Below, one piece after another: positions 28,526 to 38,529 of a stretch of DNA of 64,000 nt. The notes beneath the pieces were generated by a model. The model was not told the DNA's origin and made no database searches. It worked only from the letters and a program-made list of their open reading frames with translations. This DNA is from Gemmatimonadota bacterium (GTDB lineage: Bacteria; Gemmatimonadota; Gemmatimonadetes; Palauibacterales; Palauibacteraceae): assembly GCA_046758745.1 (NCBI GenBank), contig JBHIAV010000007.1, forward strand, positions 28,950 to 92,949, read 5' to 3'. The position numbers and the translations under genes are program-made. Positions within the stretch are counted from its first letter, which is position 1. Each line of letters begins with the position of its first letter.

Positions 28526-29035
28526 GCTCCGCTCCTTTGGTGATGAGGGGAACTCCTCCGCAGGACGCCCCATTATGTCGGCCGCATCCTCGCTTCGCAA
28601 GACAGCCGCGCCCTGTTCGTCTCCCCCCCGAGATGGCTCCTCGAGCAGTTGGCGAACCCGCTGCTCGATGAGGTCGCGGAGCGCCCGGAAGCGGTCGTCG
28701 GGGACGTCTTTCGCATCCGGGATCGCCCAGTCGAGCCGCCGGGCGGCCGGCACGTGGGGGCACGCATCACCGCACCCCATGGTGATGACCACGTCGAACG
28801 AGAGACCCGCCATCTCCTCGAGGCCCTTCGAGCGGTGGGACCTCAGATCGATGCCTCGCTCGCGCATCAGGCGGACGGCACGCGGGTCCACCTTCCCCGA
28901 AGGGTGAGAGCCTGCACTGTACGCCTCCACCCGGCCCCGGCCGAGCGCACGGGCGAAGCCCTCCGCCATCTGGGAACGACAGGAGTTCTCCACACACACG
29001 AAGAGCCACCGGGTCACGTCCGGGCCGATTGCCAT
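28232..29035 (-). CDS. arsC: Arsenate reductase ArsC (LMW-PTP fold), reading in frame into HU (apparent ArsC-HU fusion ORF)
   Basis: CVENSCRSQMAE (CX5R), SAGSHP, TMGCGDACP, WAIPD. The domain ends near 28640, but there is no stop before the HU stop at 28232. Confidence 0.8.
   Translation of the reverse strand: MAIGPDVTRWLFVCVENSCRSQMAEGFARALGRGRVEAYSAGSHPSGKVDPRAVRLMRERGIDLRSHRSKGLEEMAGLSFDVVITMGCGDACPHVPAARRLDWAIPDAKDVPDDRFRALRDLIEQRVRQLLEEPSRGGDEQGAAVLRSEDAADIMGRPAEEFPSSPKERSVTKQEFAEKLAKQTDLSKAKAMDVIEAIFSTKPREGIIATELDADRDFTITGFGTFRTRNTKARKGRNPQTGEEIMIQARKSVSFRAGKGLKDRVRE
28572..28600 (-). promoter_or_regulatory. Putative sigma70 promoter for hup, inside the arsC-hup linker
   Basis: Minus strand TTGCGA-N17-CATAAT, about 46 bp upstream of the HU GTG. 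Confidence 0.65.
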
Positions 29036-29189
29036 GGCCGCGCAAGCTAGGCCTTCTTCCTCGCCCTGTCATTCGGCGCCAGCGGGGTTGACTTTCGGGG
29101 AGCGTGTCCAGAGTGTTCCGCGCCTCCGGCAGCTCGGCCCAGGCGCCGCCATCGCGCCGGATCCGTTCCACATTCCGCGGGAGACGTGC

Positions 29190-30869
29190 ATGCCGACCCC
29201 GGTTGCCGGTGAGGGTCCCGAACGAGGAGCGCCGGCTCCTCAGGCCGAGCGCTGGGATCGGTTCGTGGCCGAGTTCGTGGAGGCATACCTCGAGGCCAAC
29301 CCGACGGCGGCCGTTCACCTGGGGCGGCACGAGTTCGATGGTCGGCTCCCCGACTGGAGCCGAGCGGGACTGGAAGGCGAAGTCGCCCGGCTGCAGAGAT
29401 CTCGCGAGAGGGCACTCGAGTTCCCGCCCGACGGGCTGGACGACCGGCGCGCCTTCGAGCGTGACTACCTGCTGGCCGTGGTCGACGGCGAGATCTTCTG
29501 GCTCGACGCGGTGGGCTGGCCGTTTCGCTCGCCGACCCATTACGCGTGGCCGCTCGATCCAACCGTCTATCTGATGCGGGAATACGCTCCCCTCGAGGAG
29601 CGCATGCTGGGGTTCATCGGGTGGGCGCGGGCGGTGCCGGAAGCGGCGCTCCGCATCAGGGAAAACCTGTCAGGCCCGATGCCCCGCACGTACGTGGAGA
29701 TCGGCCGGACGTCCTTCGGCGGCCTGGCCTCGTACCTGGAGGGCGATGCCCCCCGCGCCTTCGGGGCCGTGTGCAACGAGGCGCTCCACCGACAGCTGCG
29801 CGAAGCAGTGGGTGGTGCGGTGCGGGCGCTCCGGGAATTGGACGAATGGTTCGCCTCGCGAGAGGCGGAGGCGGGTGAGGCGTACGCGCTCGGACCCGAG
29901 ATGTTCGCCCGCATGCTGCAGGCGACGGAGCGCGTGAATGTTCCGCTGGACGAGCTCGAGCGGGCCGGACGCGAGGAGCTGGAGCGGGAGCTGGCGGCGC
30001 TCCAGGAGGCATGCGCGGCCTACGCGCCCGGGATCCCGGCGGCCCGGTGCATCTCCCGAATGCGAGCGAAGAAACCCGAGGGAGGACCGGTGGAAGGGGC
30101 GCGGCGGCAGCTCGGGACCCTGCGATCGTTCGTCCTCGAGCGAGATCTGGTGACGATCCCGGACGGGGGGGAGGCGAGGGTGGCGCAATCGCCGCCCCAC
30201 ATGCGATGGAACGCGGCCTACATCGACATCCCGGGTCCGTTCGAGCAGGGAGTGCCGGCCGTGTTCTACCTGGCGCCACCGGATCCCGCGTGGAGCGCTG
30301 CGGAACGCGACGCGTACCTGCCCGGAGAAGCCGACCTCCTCTTCGTGTCGGCGCACGAGGTGTGGCCGGGCCATTACCTGCATTTTCTCCACGCGAACCA
30401 CTCCCTGAACGCCCTCGGTCGTGTCTTCGTCGGGTATGCCTTCTCCGAGGGGTGGGCGCACTATACCGAGGAGATGATGTGGGAGGCGGGTCTGGGTGGC
30501 GGAGACGCCGAGACCCGCATCGGACAGCTGATGAACAGTCTCCTTCGGACGGTTCGTCTGCTGGTGGCGATCGGGCTGCATACCGGGACGAAGACGGTAC
30601 CGGAGGCGGAGCGCATGTTCCGCGAGGTGGCCTTCCAGGACGCGGCGAACGCGCGTCAGCAGGCGGCGCGCGGCACGTTTGATCCCGCCTACCTGAACTA
30701 CACCCTCGGCAAGCTGCTCATACGGAGGATGCGGCAGGACTGGACCGCCCCACGCGGCGGAAGAACCGCGTGGCGCGAGTTCCACGACCGGTTGCTCTCC
30801 TACGGCGGTCCGCCGCTCCCGCTCGTGCGGGCGGCCATGCTGGGTGATGGCGGGAGCTCGCTGCTGTAG
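29190..30869 (+). CDS. DUF885 family protein (metallopeptidase-like)
   Basis: HEVWPGHYLH, FSEGWAHYTE, YLNYTLGK, FHDRLLSYG. Start uncertain. Confidence 0.85.
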   Translation: MPTPVAGEGPERGAPAPQAERWDRFVAEFVEAYLEANPTAAVHLGRHEFDGRLPDWSRAGLEGEVARLQRSRERALEFPPDGLDDRRAFERDYLLAVVDGEIFWLDAVGWPFRSPTHYAWPLDPTVYLMREYAPLEERMLGFIGWARAVPEAALRIRENLSGPMPRTYVEIGRTSFGGLASYLEGDAPRAFGAVCNEALHRQLREAVGGAVRALRELDEWFASREAEAGEAYALGPEMFARMLQATERVNVPLDELERAGREELERELAALQEACAAYAPGIPAARCISRMRAKKPEGGPVEGARRQLGTLRSFVLERDLVTIPDGGEARVAQSPPHMRWNAAYIDIPGPFEQGVPAVFYLAPPDPAWSAAERDAYLPGEADLLFVSAHEVWPGHYLHFLHANHSLNALGRVFVGYAFSEGWAHYTEEMMWEAGLGGGDAETRIGQLMNSLLRTVRLLVAIGLHTGTKTVPEAERMFREVAFQDAANARQQAARGTFDPAYLNYTLGKLLIRRMRQDWTAPRGGRTAWREFHDRLLSYGGPPLPLVRAAMLGDGGSSLL

Positions 30870-30989
30870 GGGGGACCGCGGGGGAGGCCGCCGCGGCCGC
30901 GATGGTCGGCGTCGCGTTGACCCCGCGCGGCGTGGGCCCTTTCGTCCGGGGCCGGTGGGGAGGAGGACCGATCGCGATGGGAGGGGAAT

Positions 30990-32039
30990 CTGGCGGCGGC
31001 CAACGTAGTTCGCGTCACCCGCGGCACGCGGACGGAGTCCCTGCACGCCCTGCACGGTGTGGTGGTCGGTCTGAAAACGGGAGTCGAGGCCGGCTTCGGC
31101 GATCCGGAGCTCCCGGCCTTCTGGCGCTCTGCCATGAAGCCCTTTCAGGCCCTGCCGCTCGTGGCGGACGGAGCGGCACATGCGTTCGGTTTCGGCCCAG
31201 AGGATCTCGCCCTCGCCTGCGCCTCCCACGGCGGCACCGCGATGCATGTCGACCGGGCCAGGGCGATGCTGGAGCGAATCGGCACCGATGTGCAAGCGCT
31301 CATCTGCGGGCCGCACGCGCCGTTCGATGGGGCATCCGCCGAGCGGATCCTCCGGGAGGGCGGGACCTTCACCCGGCTGCACAACAACTGCTCCGGAAAG
31401 CACACCGGCCTCCTCGCCTTGGCTCGCCACCACGGCTGGCCACTCCAGGGGTACGAGAGGATGGACCACCCCGTCCAGCTCCGCCTGCGTGGCGGCCTCT
31501 CGCCGTGGCTGGACACGGACCCGGATGAGCTGACCTGGTCGGTCGATGGGTGCGGAGTCCCGACACCGTACCTGCCGCTCCGAGCGATGGCCCGGGCGTA
31601 TGCCCGTCTGGTGGCGGCGGCCCGCGAGGGAGAGCCGGCGCCACGCGCCGTTGTCGAGGCGATGACGTCCCACCCCGAGCTTACCTCCTCGGCGAGCCGC
31701 ACACCGCTCGTCCTCATGCAGGCCACGCGGGGGCGGCTCCTGGCCAAGGAAGGGGCCGAGGGCGTCCTGTGTGTGGCCGCGCCGCGCGAGGGATGGGCAC
31801 TGGCGCTGAAGATCGTGGACGGCCGCCGGCGAGCCGTTGGACCGGCCGCGGTAGAGATGCTGGTCGCGCTCGACCTCCTGGATGGGGAGGAACTGATCGG
31901 GCTGGAGGAGCAGCGTCACGTGCCGGTTCGGGACACCAGGGGTCAAACGGTCGGCGTGATCCTGGGAGAGGTAGAGCCGCACCTCGCGTCGGCCCCAGCC
32001 GGTGGGGTAAGGCCGATGGGGGGCCGTTCGGGGCGGTGA
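30990..32039 (+). CDS. L-asparaginase II (Rhizobium etli-type, class 3)
   Basis: VTRGTRTESLH, RSAMKPFQA, ASHGG, NNCSGKH, DGCG, AKEGAEG. Inferred CTG start at 30990; ORF-track GTG is at 31059. Confidence 0.85.
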   Translation: MAAANVVRVTRGTRTESLHALHGVVVGLKTGVEAGFGDPELPAFWRSAMKPFQALPLVADGAAHAFGFGPEDLALACASHGGTAMHVDRARAMLERIGTDVQALICGPHAPFDGASAERILREGGTFTRLHNNCSGKHTGLLALARHHGWPLQGYERMDHPVQLRLRGGLSPWLDTDPDELTWSVDGCGVPTPYLPLRAMARAYARLVAAAREGEPAPRAVVEAMTSHPELTSSASRTPLVLMQATRGRLLAKEGAEGVLCVAAPREGWALALKIVDGRRRAVGPAAVEMLVALDLLDGEELIGLEEQRHVPVRDTRGQTVGVILGEVEPHLASAPAGGVRPMGGRSGR

Positions 32040-32695
32040 GCGCGACGCTCCCGCGGGATGTGGCGGCGCTGGTCGAGCTGTCGGCGGCGGTCGCGGCCCG
32101 GGACCCGGAGGCTCGGCGTGCCGCGATGGCGCGGGCCTCGGTCGAGGCGGATCCGCGCGAGGCGGAGGAAGCGCTCCTCCAGCTCTACCTGTTCTTGGGC
32201 TTTCCGGCCGCCCTCAACGCGCTCCGGGAGTGGCGCACGGTGTCGGGGCGGTCCCCGCCCCGTGAAGTGGATGGGGCGGACCGGGGGCATGAGAGATGGG
32301 AGGAACAACGAGGCGAAGCGGTGTGCGCTCTGGTGTACGGAGCGAGCTACAAGCGGCTGCGAGGGAACGTGCGGCGGCTGCATCCGGCGCTCGACCGGTG
32401 GATGGTGACGGAGGGATACGGGAAGGTGCTCGGGCGCCCGGCGCTCGGCCTGGTTCGCAGGGAGCTGTGCATCGTCGGCATGCTGGCGGTCACGGGATGG
32501 GAGCCGCAGCTTCACTCGCACCTGCGCGGCGCGCTGAATGCGGGCGCGGGGCCGGACGAGGTCGGGGCAGCCCTCGAGATCGGGCTCGCGCATGCGCCGC
32601 GGAACGGCTGGCCGCAGCGGGCCAGAAAGTTGTGGCGACACGTGCGGGAGCGACACGCGCGAACGCCTCGGATCGACGGAGACGTACATTCATAA
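32036..32695 (+). CDS. Carboxymuconolactone decarboxylase/AhpD-like family protein
   Basis: EALLQLYLFLGFPAALN, YGKVLGRPAL..RELCIV, QLHSHLRGALNAGA. GTGA overlap with upstream stop. Confidence 0.8.
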   Translation: MSATLPRDVAALVELSAAVAARDPEARRAAMARASVEADPREAEEALLQLYLFLGFPAALNALREWRTVSGRSPPREVDGADRGHERWEEQRGEAVCALVYGASYKRLRGNVRRLHPALDRWMVTEGYGKVLGRPALGLVRRELCIVGMLAVTGWEPQLHSHLRGALNAGAGPDEVGAALEIGLAHAPRNGWPQRARKLWRHVRERHARTPRIDGDVHS

Positions 32696-32751
32696 TATAC
32701 TGCGGTCATGGAAGGTTAAGTAAAGTCATCTCACAGACTACTTCAGACTCA

Positions 32752-33792
32752 ATGTTCATAGATCTCGCTAGGATTCGCGTGAAGGGGGGGGCCGGTGGTG
32801 CGGGGGCCGTGGCCTTCCGGCGCGAGAAGGGAGTACCCCGTGGCGGGCCGAGCGGCGGTGACGGCGGTCGGGGAGGGCACGTGATCCTGGTGGCCGACCC
32901 CCAGCTCGACACGCTCCTCGACTACAGCTATCGAGAGAACTACGAGGCGGGGCGGGCGGGCCACGGCGAAGGCTCCCGTCGTACGGGGGCGGACGGGGAG
33001 GATCTCGTGCTTCCCGTTCCGCTCGGCACGGTGGTGCGGGATGCCGAGACGGGCGAGAGGCTCGGCGAGCTGCTTGCCCGCGGCGACCGCGTGGTCGTGG
33101 CCCGGGGCGGGCGCGGCGGACGCGGCAACGCGGCGTTCGCCACGCCCACTCGACAGGCACCCCGCCGGTGGGAGCCGGGCGAATGGGGGGAAGAGCGCCG
33201 CATCGAGCTCGAGCTCAAGCTCATCGCCGACGTCGGCTTGGTCGGGGAGCCGAACGCCGGCAAGTCCACGCTGCTGGCGTCGCTGTCCGCGGCCCGGCCG
33301 AAGATCGCCGATTACCCGTTCACCACTCTGGAGCCCAACCTCGGCGTCGTGGCGCTTTCGGAGGGCAGGTCGTTCGTTCTCGCGGACATCCCGGGGATCA
33401 TCGAGGGGGCGCACGAGGGCAGGGGGCTCGGCACCCAGTTCCTCCGGCACATCGAGCGGACTCGCGTCCTGGCGCTTCTCGTACCCATGGACGCGCCGGA
33501 TCCACAGGCCGCCTACGACATGCTGCGCAGCGAGCTCCTCGCCCACGACACGGCGCTCGCCCGCATCCCGCACTGCGTTCTCCTCACCAAGTCGGACATC
33601 GTTGCCGCGCATCCGCGCCCGCCCGCGCTGGCGGCTCCGGATGCGTGGGGTTGCTTCACCGTCTCGGCGGTGACGGGGGAGGGTCTCGGGGAGCTGTGCG
33701 AGGCGCTGTGGAAGAAGGCTCGCGAGGAACGGACACGATCGGCTACCCCGCAGGCCGATCCGTTTCCCGAGCTCGAAGAGTGGAGGCCCTAG
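32752..33792 (+). CDS. obgE: GTPase ObgE/CgtA (no C-terminal DUF1967)
   Basis: MFIDLARI, FRREK..PRGGPSGGDGG, GEPNAGKST, YPFTT, DIPG, TKSD. Confidence 0.96.
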   Translation: MFIDLARIRVKGGAGGAGAVAFRREKGVPRGGPSGGDGGRGGHVILVADPQLDTLLDYSYRENYEAGRAGHGEGSRRTGADGEDLVLPVPLGTVVRDAETGERLGELLARGDRVVVARGGRGGRGNAAFATPTRQAPRRWEPGEWGEERRIELELKLIADVGLVGEPNAGKSTLLASLSAARPKIADYPFTTLEPNLGVVALSEGRSFVLADIPGIIEGAHEGRGLGTQFLRHIERTRVLALLVPMDAPDPQAAYDMLRSELLAHDTALARIPHCVLLTKSDIVAAHPRPPALAAPDAWGCFTVSAVTGEGLGELCEALWKKAREERTRSATPQADPFPELEEWRP

Positions 33793-33806
33793 CCGGGGCC
33801 GGGGCC

Positions 33807-34955
33807 GTGGAGTCGGCGTCGAGCGCCGGGGCGAGGGAGACGCGGGCCGCCCTCGCTCTGGCCGAGGCGCCGGGCTTCGGGCCGGCGATCCTGCGCGTCC
33901 TCATCGACCGCCTCGGCTCGGCGACCGCCGTCCTGGCTGCGCGGCCGTCGGAGCTGGCCGATGCGCCCGGGATGACGGAGGAGCGCGCTCTGTGTCTCTC
34001 CGCGCTGAGGCCGGTGCCGGAGGAGCATCTCCACCGGCTCGCCCGGCGTGGGATCCGGGTCGTGAGCTACGGGGCACCAGGGTATCCGGAGCGACTGGCC
34101 CACCTGCATCACCCTCCACCGGTGCTGTACCTGCTCGGCCCACTCGACGCGCCGGTCCGCCGCGCCGTGGCCGTGGTCGGCACGCGCCGCGCGACGGAGT
34201 ACGGCCGCCGAACCGCGCGCGGCCTGGCCGCGGATCTCGCCGCCGCCGGCTGGACGGTGGTGAGCGGCCTGGCGCGGGGCATCGATGCCGCCGCGCACCG
34301 CGGCGCCCTCGAGGCGAGGGGCGCGACGGTCGGAGTCCTCGGAAGCGGGCTCGACCACGCCTTTCCCGCTTCGAGCCGACCGCTCTACGCTGCGCTTCGC
34401 CGCCGGGGGCTCCTGATCAGCGAGTTCGCGCCCGGGGTGGCGCCGGCGCGCGGTCTCTTTCCCCGGCGAAACCGCATCATCGCGGCCCTCGCCGACGCGG
34501 TCGTGGTGGTGCAGGCCGGGTCGCGCAGCGGGGCGCTGATCACGGTCGCGCACGCGCTCGACCTGGGGCGCGAAGTGCTCGCGGTGCCGGGCCAGGTCGG
34601 TCACCCGGGCAGTGAAGGGGTGCACGCCCTCTTGCGGGACGGCGCCCACCTGGCGACCTGCGCGGCCGATGTGCTCACCGCCCTGGGCGAGGAGCCGCCG
34701 ACACGGCTTGACGAAGGCGGGCCCGCCGCCGGGCATGCGGATCCGGACGAGGCCGCCCTGCTGATCGCGATGGCGCGAGGCATCGAGGCGGCCGACGACC
34801 TCGCCGCTGCGGCCAGGCTCGACATCGGCCGGGCGCTGGCCGCCCTGAGCCGCTTGGAGATCCGGGGTGCCGTGCGGGCGCTTCCCGGCGGCCGCTTTGC
34901 CTCTGAGGCGACACCGCTCCCGAGCGGTCCGGGCCCCGCATCGGCGAGGAACTGA
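33807..34955 (+). CDS. dprA: DNA-processing protein DprA
   Basis: VVGTRRATEYG, VSGLARGIDAAAH, FPRRNRIIA, SGALIT, C-terminal winged helix. Confidence 0.93.
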   Translation: MESASSAGARETRAALALAEAPGFGPAILRVLIDRLGSATAVLAARPSELADAPGMTEERALCLSALRPVPEEHLHRLARRGIRVVSYGAPGYPERLAHLHHPPPVLYLLGPLDAPVRRAVAVVGTRRATEYGRRTARGLAADLAAAGWTVVSGLARGIDAAAHRGALEARGATVGVLGSGLDHAFPASSRPLYAALRRRGLLISEFAPGVAPARGLFPRRNRIIAALADAVVVVQAGSRSGALITVAHALDLGREVLAVPGQVGHPGSEGVHALLRDGAHLATCAADVLTALGEEPPTRLDEGGPAAGHADPDEAALLIAMARGIEAADDLAAAARLDIGRALAALSRLEIRGAVRALPGGRFASEATPLPSGPGPASARN

Positions 34956-36178
34956 TGGACGGCAGAGGGCCGGTGGTGCGGATCGACGCCGCGGAAGGAG
35001 CGAACCTGGCGGGCGCCCCGGAGCCGCTCAGCCTGTATGTGCACTTTCCCTTCTGCCTCCGCCGCTGCCATTACTGCGACTTCTCGGTCGCGCGCTCAAC
35101 GCGCCCTCCGGTCGCCGAATGGTTGACCTGCCTCGAGGCGGATGTGCGCGACTGGTTCGCTCGGACGGGCTGGCGCGTTCCGCTCCCGCTGGAGTCACTC
35201 TTCGTGGGAGGCGGCACGCCCTCGCTGCTGGGCGGAGAGGGTATGGAGGAGCTGGCACGCCTCCTCCGGCGCTGGTTCGATTGGGAGGAAGCGGAAGTGG
35301 AATGGACGGCCGAAGCGAACCCGAGCTCTCTCTCTCGGGAGACGTGCGAGCGCTGGCGGGCTGCCGGAGTGAACCGGGTGAGCGTCGGGGTACAATCCTT
35401 CGACGAGCGGGCCCTGCGCTGGCTCGGCCGCCTGCACGACGCGGCGGAAGCGGAGAGGGCGCTGCGCCGCGCCACACGAGCGGGATTCGAGAACGTGAAC
35501 CTCGACCTCATCTTCGGCCTTCCCGCCGAAGTCGACCGTGACTGGCAGGCCGAGGTGACACGGGCCATTGAGCTGGGAGTAAGCCACGTCAGCGCGTACG
35601 GTCTGTCGGCCGAGCCACGCACGCCGCTCGGGCGTCGCGTGGAGCTCCGGCGGGTACGCTTGGCCGGCGAGGAGGCGTACGCACGGGAATATCTCGCATT
35701 GGCCGCGGCCCTCACGCGCGCGGGTTTCGAACACTACGAGGTGTCGAACTTCGCGCTCCCGGGGCACGAGTCGGCACACAACTGGCACTACTGGGATGGA
35801 TCGCCGTACCTTGGATTGGGTCCCTCGGCTCACACCTTCCTGCCCCCCGTCCGGGTCTGGAACGTGTACCGGTGGGACGCGTATCGAAGAGCGGCGTCGG
35901 ACGGCGCGCCTCTCCGGGAGGGCGTCGAGAGGCTGGATCCGGCGGCCGCCGCGCTGGAGCGCGTGTGGCTAGGTCTCCGAACGCGTGTGGGGCTGGCCCG
36001 ACACGATCCCGTGTGGAGGGGGTTGAAGGGCGGTGGCGAGGGTGGGGTCGGGGTCTGGGAGGCGGCCGGGTGGGCGGCGCGGGAGAACGGCCGCGTCCGC
36101 CTCACCGCGCCGGGCTGGCTGCGCATGGACGAGCTGGTGGCGACCCTGGCGGCTCGGCTGCCGAATCACGGCGGGTAG
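34955..36178 (+). CDS. hemW: Radical SAM heme chaperone HemW (HemN-like)
   Basis: YVHFPFCLRRCHYCDF, GGGTPS, YEVSNFA, HNWHYW; upstream of hrcA. Confidence 0.92.
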   Translation: MDGRGPVVRIDAAEGANLAGAPEPLSLYVHFPFCLRRCHYCDFSVARSTRPPVAEWLTCLEADVRDWFARTGWRVPLPLESLFVGGGTPSLLGGEGMEELARLLRRWFDWEEAEVEWTAEANPSSLSRETCERWRAAGVNRVSVGVQSFDERALRWLGRLHDAAEAERALRRATRAGFENVNLDLIFGLPAEVDRDWQAEVTRAIELGVSHVSAYGLSAEPRTPLGRRVELRRVRLAGEEAYAREYLALAAALTRAGFEHYEVSNFALPGHESAHNWHYWDGSPYLGLGPSAHTFLPPVRVWNVYRWDAYRRAASDGAPLREGVERLDPAAAALERVWLGLRTRVGLARHDPVWRGLKGGGEGGVGVWEAAGWAARENGRVRLTAPGWLRMDELVATLAARLPNHGG

Positions 36179-36254
36179 TACGGCAGGGGCGACATCGTGT
36201 GGCCGGGGGGAGATCCGGGGTAAGCACGGTACCGAATCTGCAGGTTGGGCAGGC

Positions 36255-37304
36255 ATGAAGGGCGTGACGCTGACGGATCGGGAGAAGGCCGTCCTCCAGG
36301 CGGTGATCGAGTCGTACATCGACACGGCGGAGCCGGCCGGCTCGCGAAAGATCGCCCGCCGGTACGCCCTCGGCGTCTCTCCCGCCACCGTGCGCAACAC
36401 GATGGCGGACCTGGAGGGCAAGGGCTTTCTCACCCACCCTCACACCTCGGCGGGTCGGATGCCCACGGATCTCGCGTACCGGTATTACGTGGACACCCTT
36501 ATGGGACGCCGCCCGGTCACCGGACGACAGCGTGAGAAGATCGCGAAGGAGCTGCGCGGCGAGGAGTCGCTCTCCGCGATCGAGATTCTGGTGCGGCGGG
36601 CGGCGCAGGTACTCGGGCTCCTCACCGGGGAGCTCGGTCTGGCGATCGGACCCACTCTCGCAGAGGCGATTCTCCACAAGCTCGAGCTCATACCGATCAG
36701 TTCCGAGAAGGTGCTGCTGGTGCTGACGCTGGAGTCCGGGGTGGTTCGCACGGTGTACGTGGATCTGCGGACCGCTCTGCCGGACGCGACGCTCACGGCG
36801 GTGGCGAGCGCGCTCAACGAACGGCTGGCCGGGTGCACGCTGCGGGAGATCCATGCCACGCTGGGCGGACGGCTGCGCGACATCGACCTGCCGGACCCGT
36901 CGGCACGGGCCCTGGTGAACATCTTCGTCGAGTCTGGCCCCGACATCTTCGAGTGGGCGGTGCGCGGGACCGACGTCCACCTGGGCGCCGCTTCTCTGCT
37001 CGCGGAACAGCCGGAGTTCACGACCGGCGAGCAGCTGCGTGCGCTCATAGAGCTGACGGAGCGAAGGGAACTGCTCGCATCGGTGCTCGGCGCCCGCGCG
37101 AACACCGACGGCCCCCAGATCACCATCGGTACGGAGCACGGGACGCCCGAGCTCTCGGAGCTGACGATCGTGAGCGCCAGCTATTCGGTGGGGAACCTGC
37201 ACGGCGTGCTTGGGGTGATCGGGCCGACGCGCATGCCGTACGAGAAGGTCGTCGCGGTGGTCGACTGCACCTCTTCCCTCGTCTCCAGCCTGGTCCGACA
37301 CTGA
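36255..37304 (+). CDS. hrcA: Heat-inducible transcription repressor HrcA
   Basis: SPATVRNTMADLE, PHTSAGRMPT, YRYYVD, GVIGPTRMPY. Confidence 0.96.
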   Translation: MKGVTLTDREKAVLQAVIESYIDTAEPAGSRKIARRYALGVSPATVRNTMADLEGKGFLTHPHTSAGRMPTDLAYRYYVDTLMGRRPVTGRQREKIAKELRGEESLSAIEILVRRAAQVLGLLTGELGLAIGPTLAEAILHKLELIPISSEKVLLVLTLESGVVRTVYVDLRTALPDATLTAVASALNERLAGCTLREIHATLGGRLRDIDLPDPSARALVNIFVESGPDIFEWAVRGTDVHLGAASLLAEQPEFTTGEQLRALIELTERRELLASVLGARANTDGPQITIGTEHGTPELSELTIVSASYSVGNLHGVLGVIGPTRMPYEKVVAVVDCTSSLVSSLVRH

Positions 37305-37355
37305 ACCGGCGGCCCCCGTCGCGGGAGGGACGGGGACCCTTCTCCCTTTGACTGC

Positions 37356-38513
37356 ATGGGCAGAGACTTCTACCAGATTCTCGGCGTTCCGCGAGACGCC
37401 GATGCGTCGCGGATCAAGAAGGCGTATCGCCGGCTCGCCATGGACTACCATCCGGACCGCAACAGCGAGCCGGATGCGGAGGAGCGCTTCAAGGAGGTCA
37501 CCCAGGCCTACGAGGTGCTCCGCGACCCGGAGAAGCGTCAGCTCTACGACCGCTACGGTGAGGCCGCGCTAAAGCGCGGGGCTGCGACGGGTGGCGGCTT
37601 CGGAGGTTTCGGCGGCTTCGACTTCGCCGATGCCTTCGAGGTGTTCATGCGCGAGTTCGGTGCCATGGGAGGGGGCTTGGGCGACCTGTTCGGCGGCGGC
37701 GGGACCTCCCGCGGACCCCGGCGCGGGCCGGACATCAAGGTCAACGTGCGGGTGACACTGGCCGAGGCGGCCGCCGGCGCCCAGCGGACGATCCGGGTGC
37801 GGCTCCAGGAAGAATGCGACCGGTGCGGCGGGAGCGGGGCCGAGCCGGGCACGTCTCCCGTGCGCTGCTCCACCTGCGGAGGCGTCGGGGAGGTTCGCCA
37901 GGCGCAGCGCACGGTGCTGGGGCAGTTCCTCAGCGTCCGCCCCTGTCCGACGTGCCGCGGCGCCGGCGAGAGGATCGTGGATCCGTGCGGCAAGTGCCGG
38001 GGGGGTGGGCTCGTCTCGGTCGACCGAACGATCAAGCTGGACATCCCGCCGGGCGTGTCGAATGAGGACTACCTGAAGCTCAGCGGCCGCGGGCACGCCG
38101 GGGCCCGTGGGGGACCGCGGGGCGACATCCTGGTGCTCGTGGAGGTCGAGGACGATCCCCGCTTCGAGAGACACGGGGACGATCTCGTGTACAACCTCGC
38201 CGTCACGTTCAGCCAGGCGGCGCTCGGGGCGGAGCTGGAGATTCCCACCATAGACGGGAGTGTCCGGTTCACCGTGCCGGCGGGGATCCAGAGCGGTCAG
38301 GCCGTGCGCCTGCGGGGCAGGGGAATGCCGCGGTTGCGCGGGAACGGGCGCGGCGACCAGATCGTGCGCCTCCTGGTGTGGACGCCGACGAGCCTGACCC
38401 CTGAGCAGGAGAAGCTCCTAGAGCGTCTCGGCGAGGTGGAGCAGGCTCCTCCGGTGCCCGACACCCGCGAGCCGGGCTTTTGGGAGAGGGTGAAGAAGGC
38501 GTTCACGGCCTGA
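37356..38513 (+). CDS. dnaJ: Chaperone DnaJ
   Basis: J-domain HPD, G/F-rich region, four CxxCxGxG repeats. Confidence 0.97.
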   Translation: MGRDFYQILGVPRDADASRIKKAYRRLAMDYHPDRNSEPDAEERFKEVTQAYEVLRDPEKRQLYDRYGEAALKRGAATGGGFGGFGGFDFADAFEVFMREFGAMGGGLGDLFGGGGTSRGPRRGPDIKVNVRVTLAEAAAGAQRTIRVRLQEECDRCGGSGAEPGTSPVRCSTCGGVGEVRQAQRTVLGQFLSVRPCPTCRGAGERIVDPCGKCRGGGLVSVDRTIKLDIPPGVSNEDYLKLSGRGHAGARGGPRGDILVLVEVEDDPRFERHGDDLVYNLAVTFSQAALGAELEIPTIDGSVRFTVPAGIQSGQAVRLRGRGMPRLRGNGRGDQIVRLLVWTPTSLTPEQEKLLERLGEVEQAPPVPDTREPGFWERVKKAFTA

Positions 38514-38529
38514 TCGGCCGTCAGCCGCC

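Noticed and set aside
36179..37355. CIRCE element upstream of hrcA or dnaJ
   Set aside because: Only a partial TAAGCAC half-site near 36221; no TTAGCACTC-N9-GAGTGCTAA.
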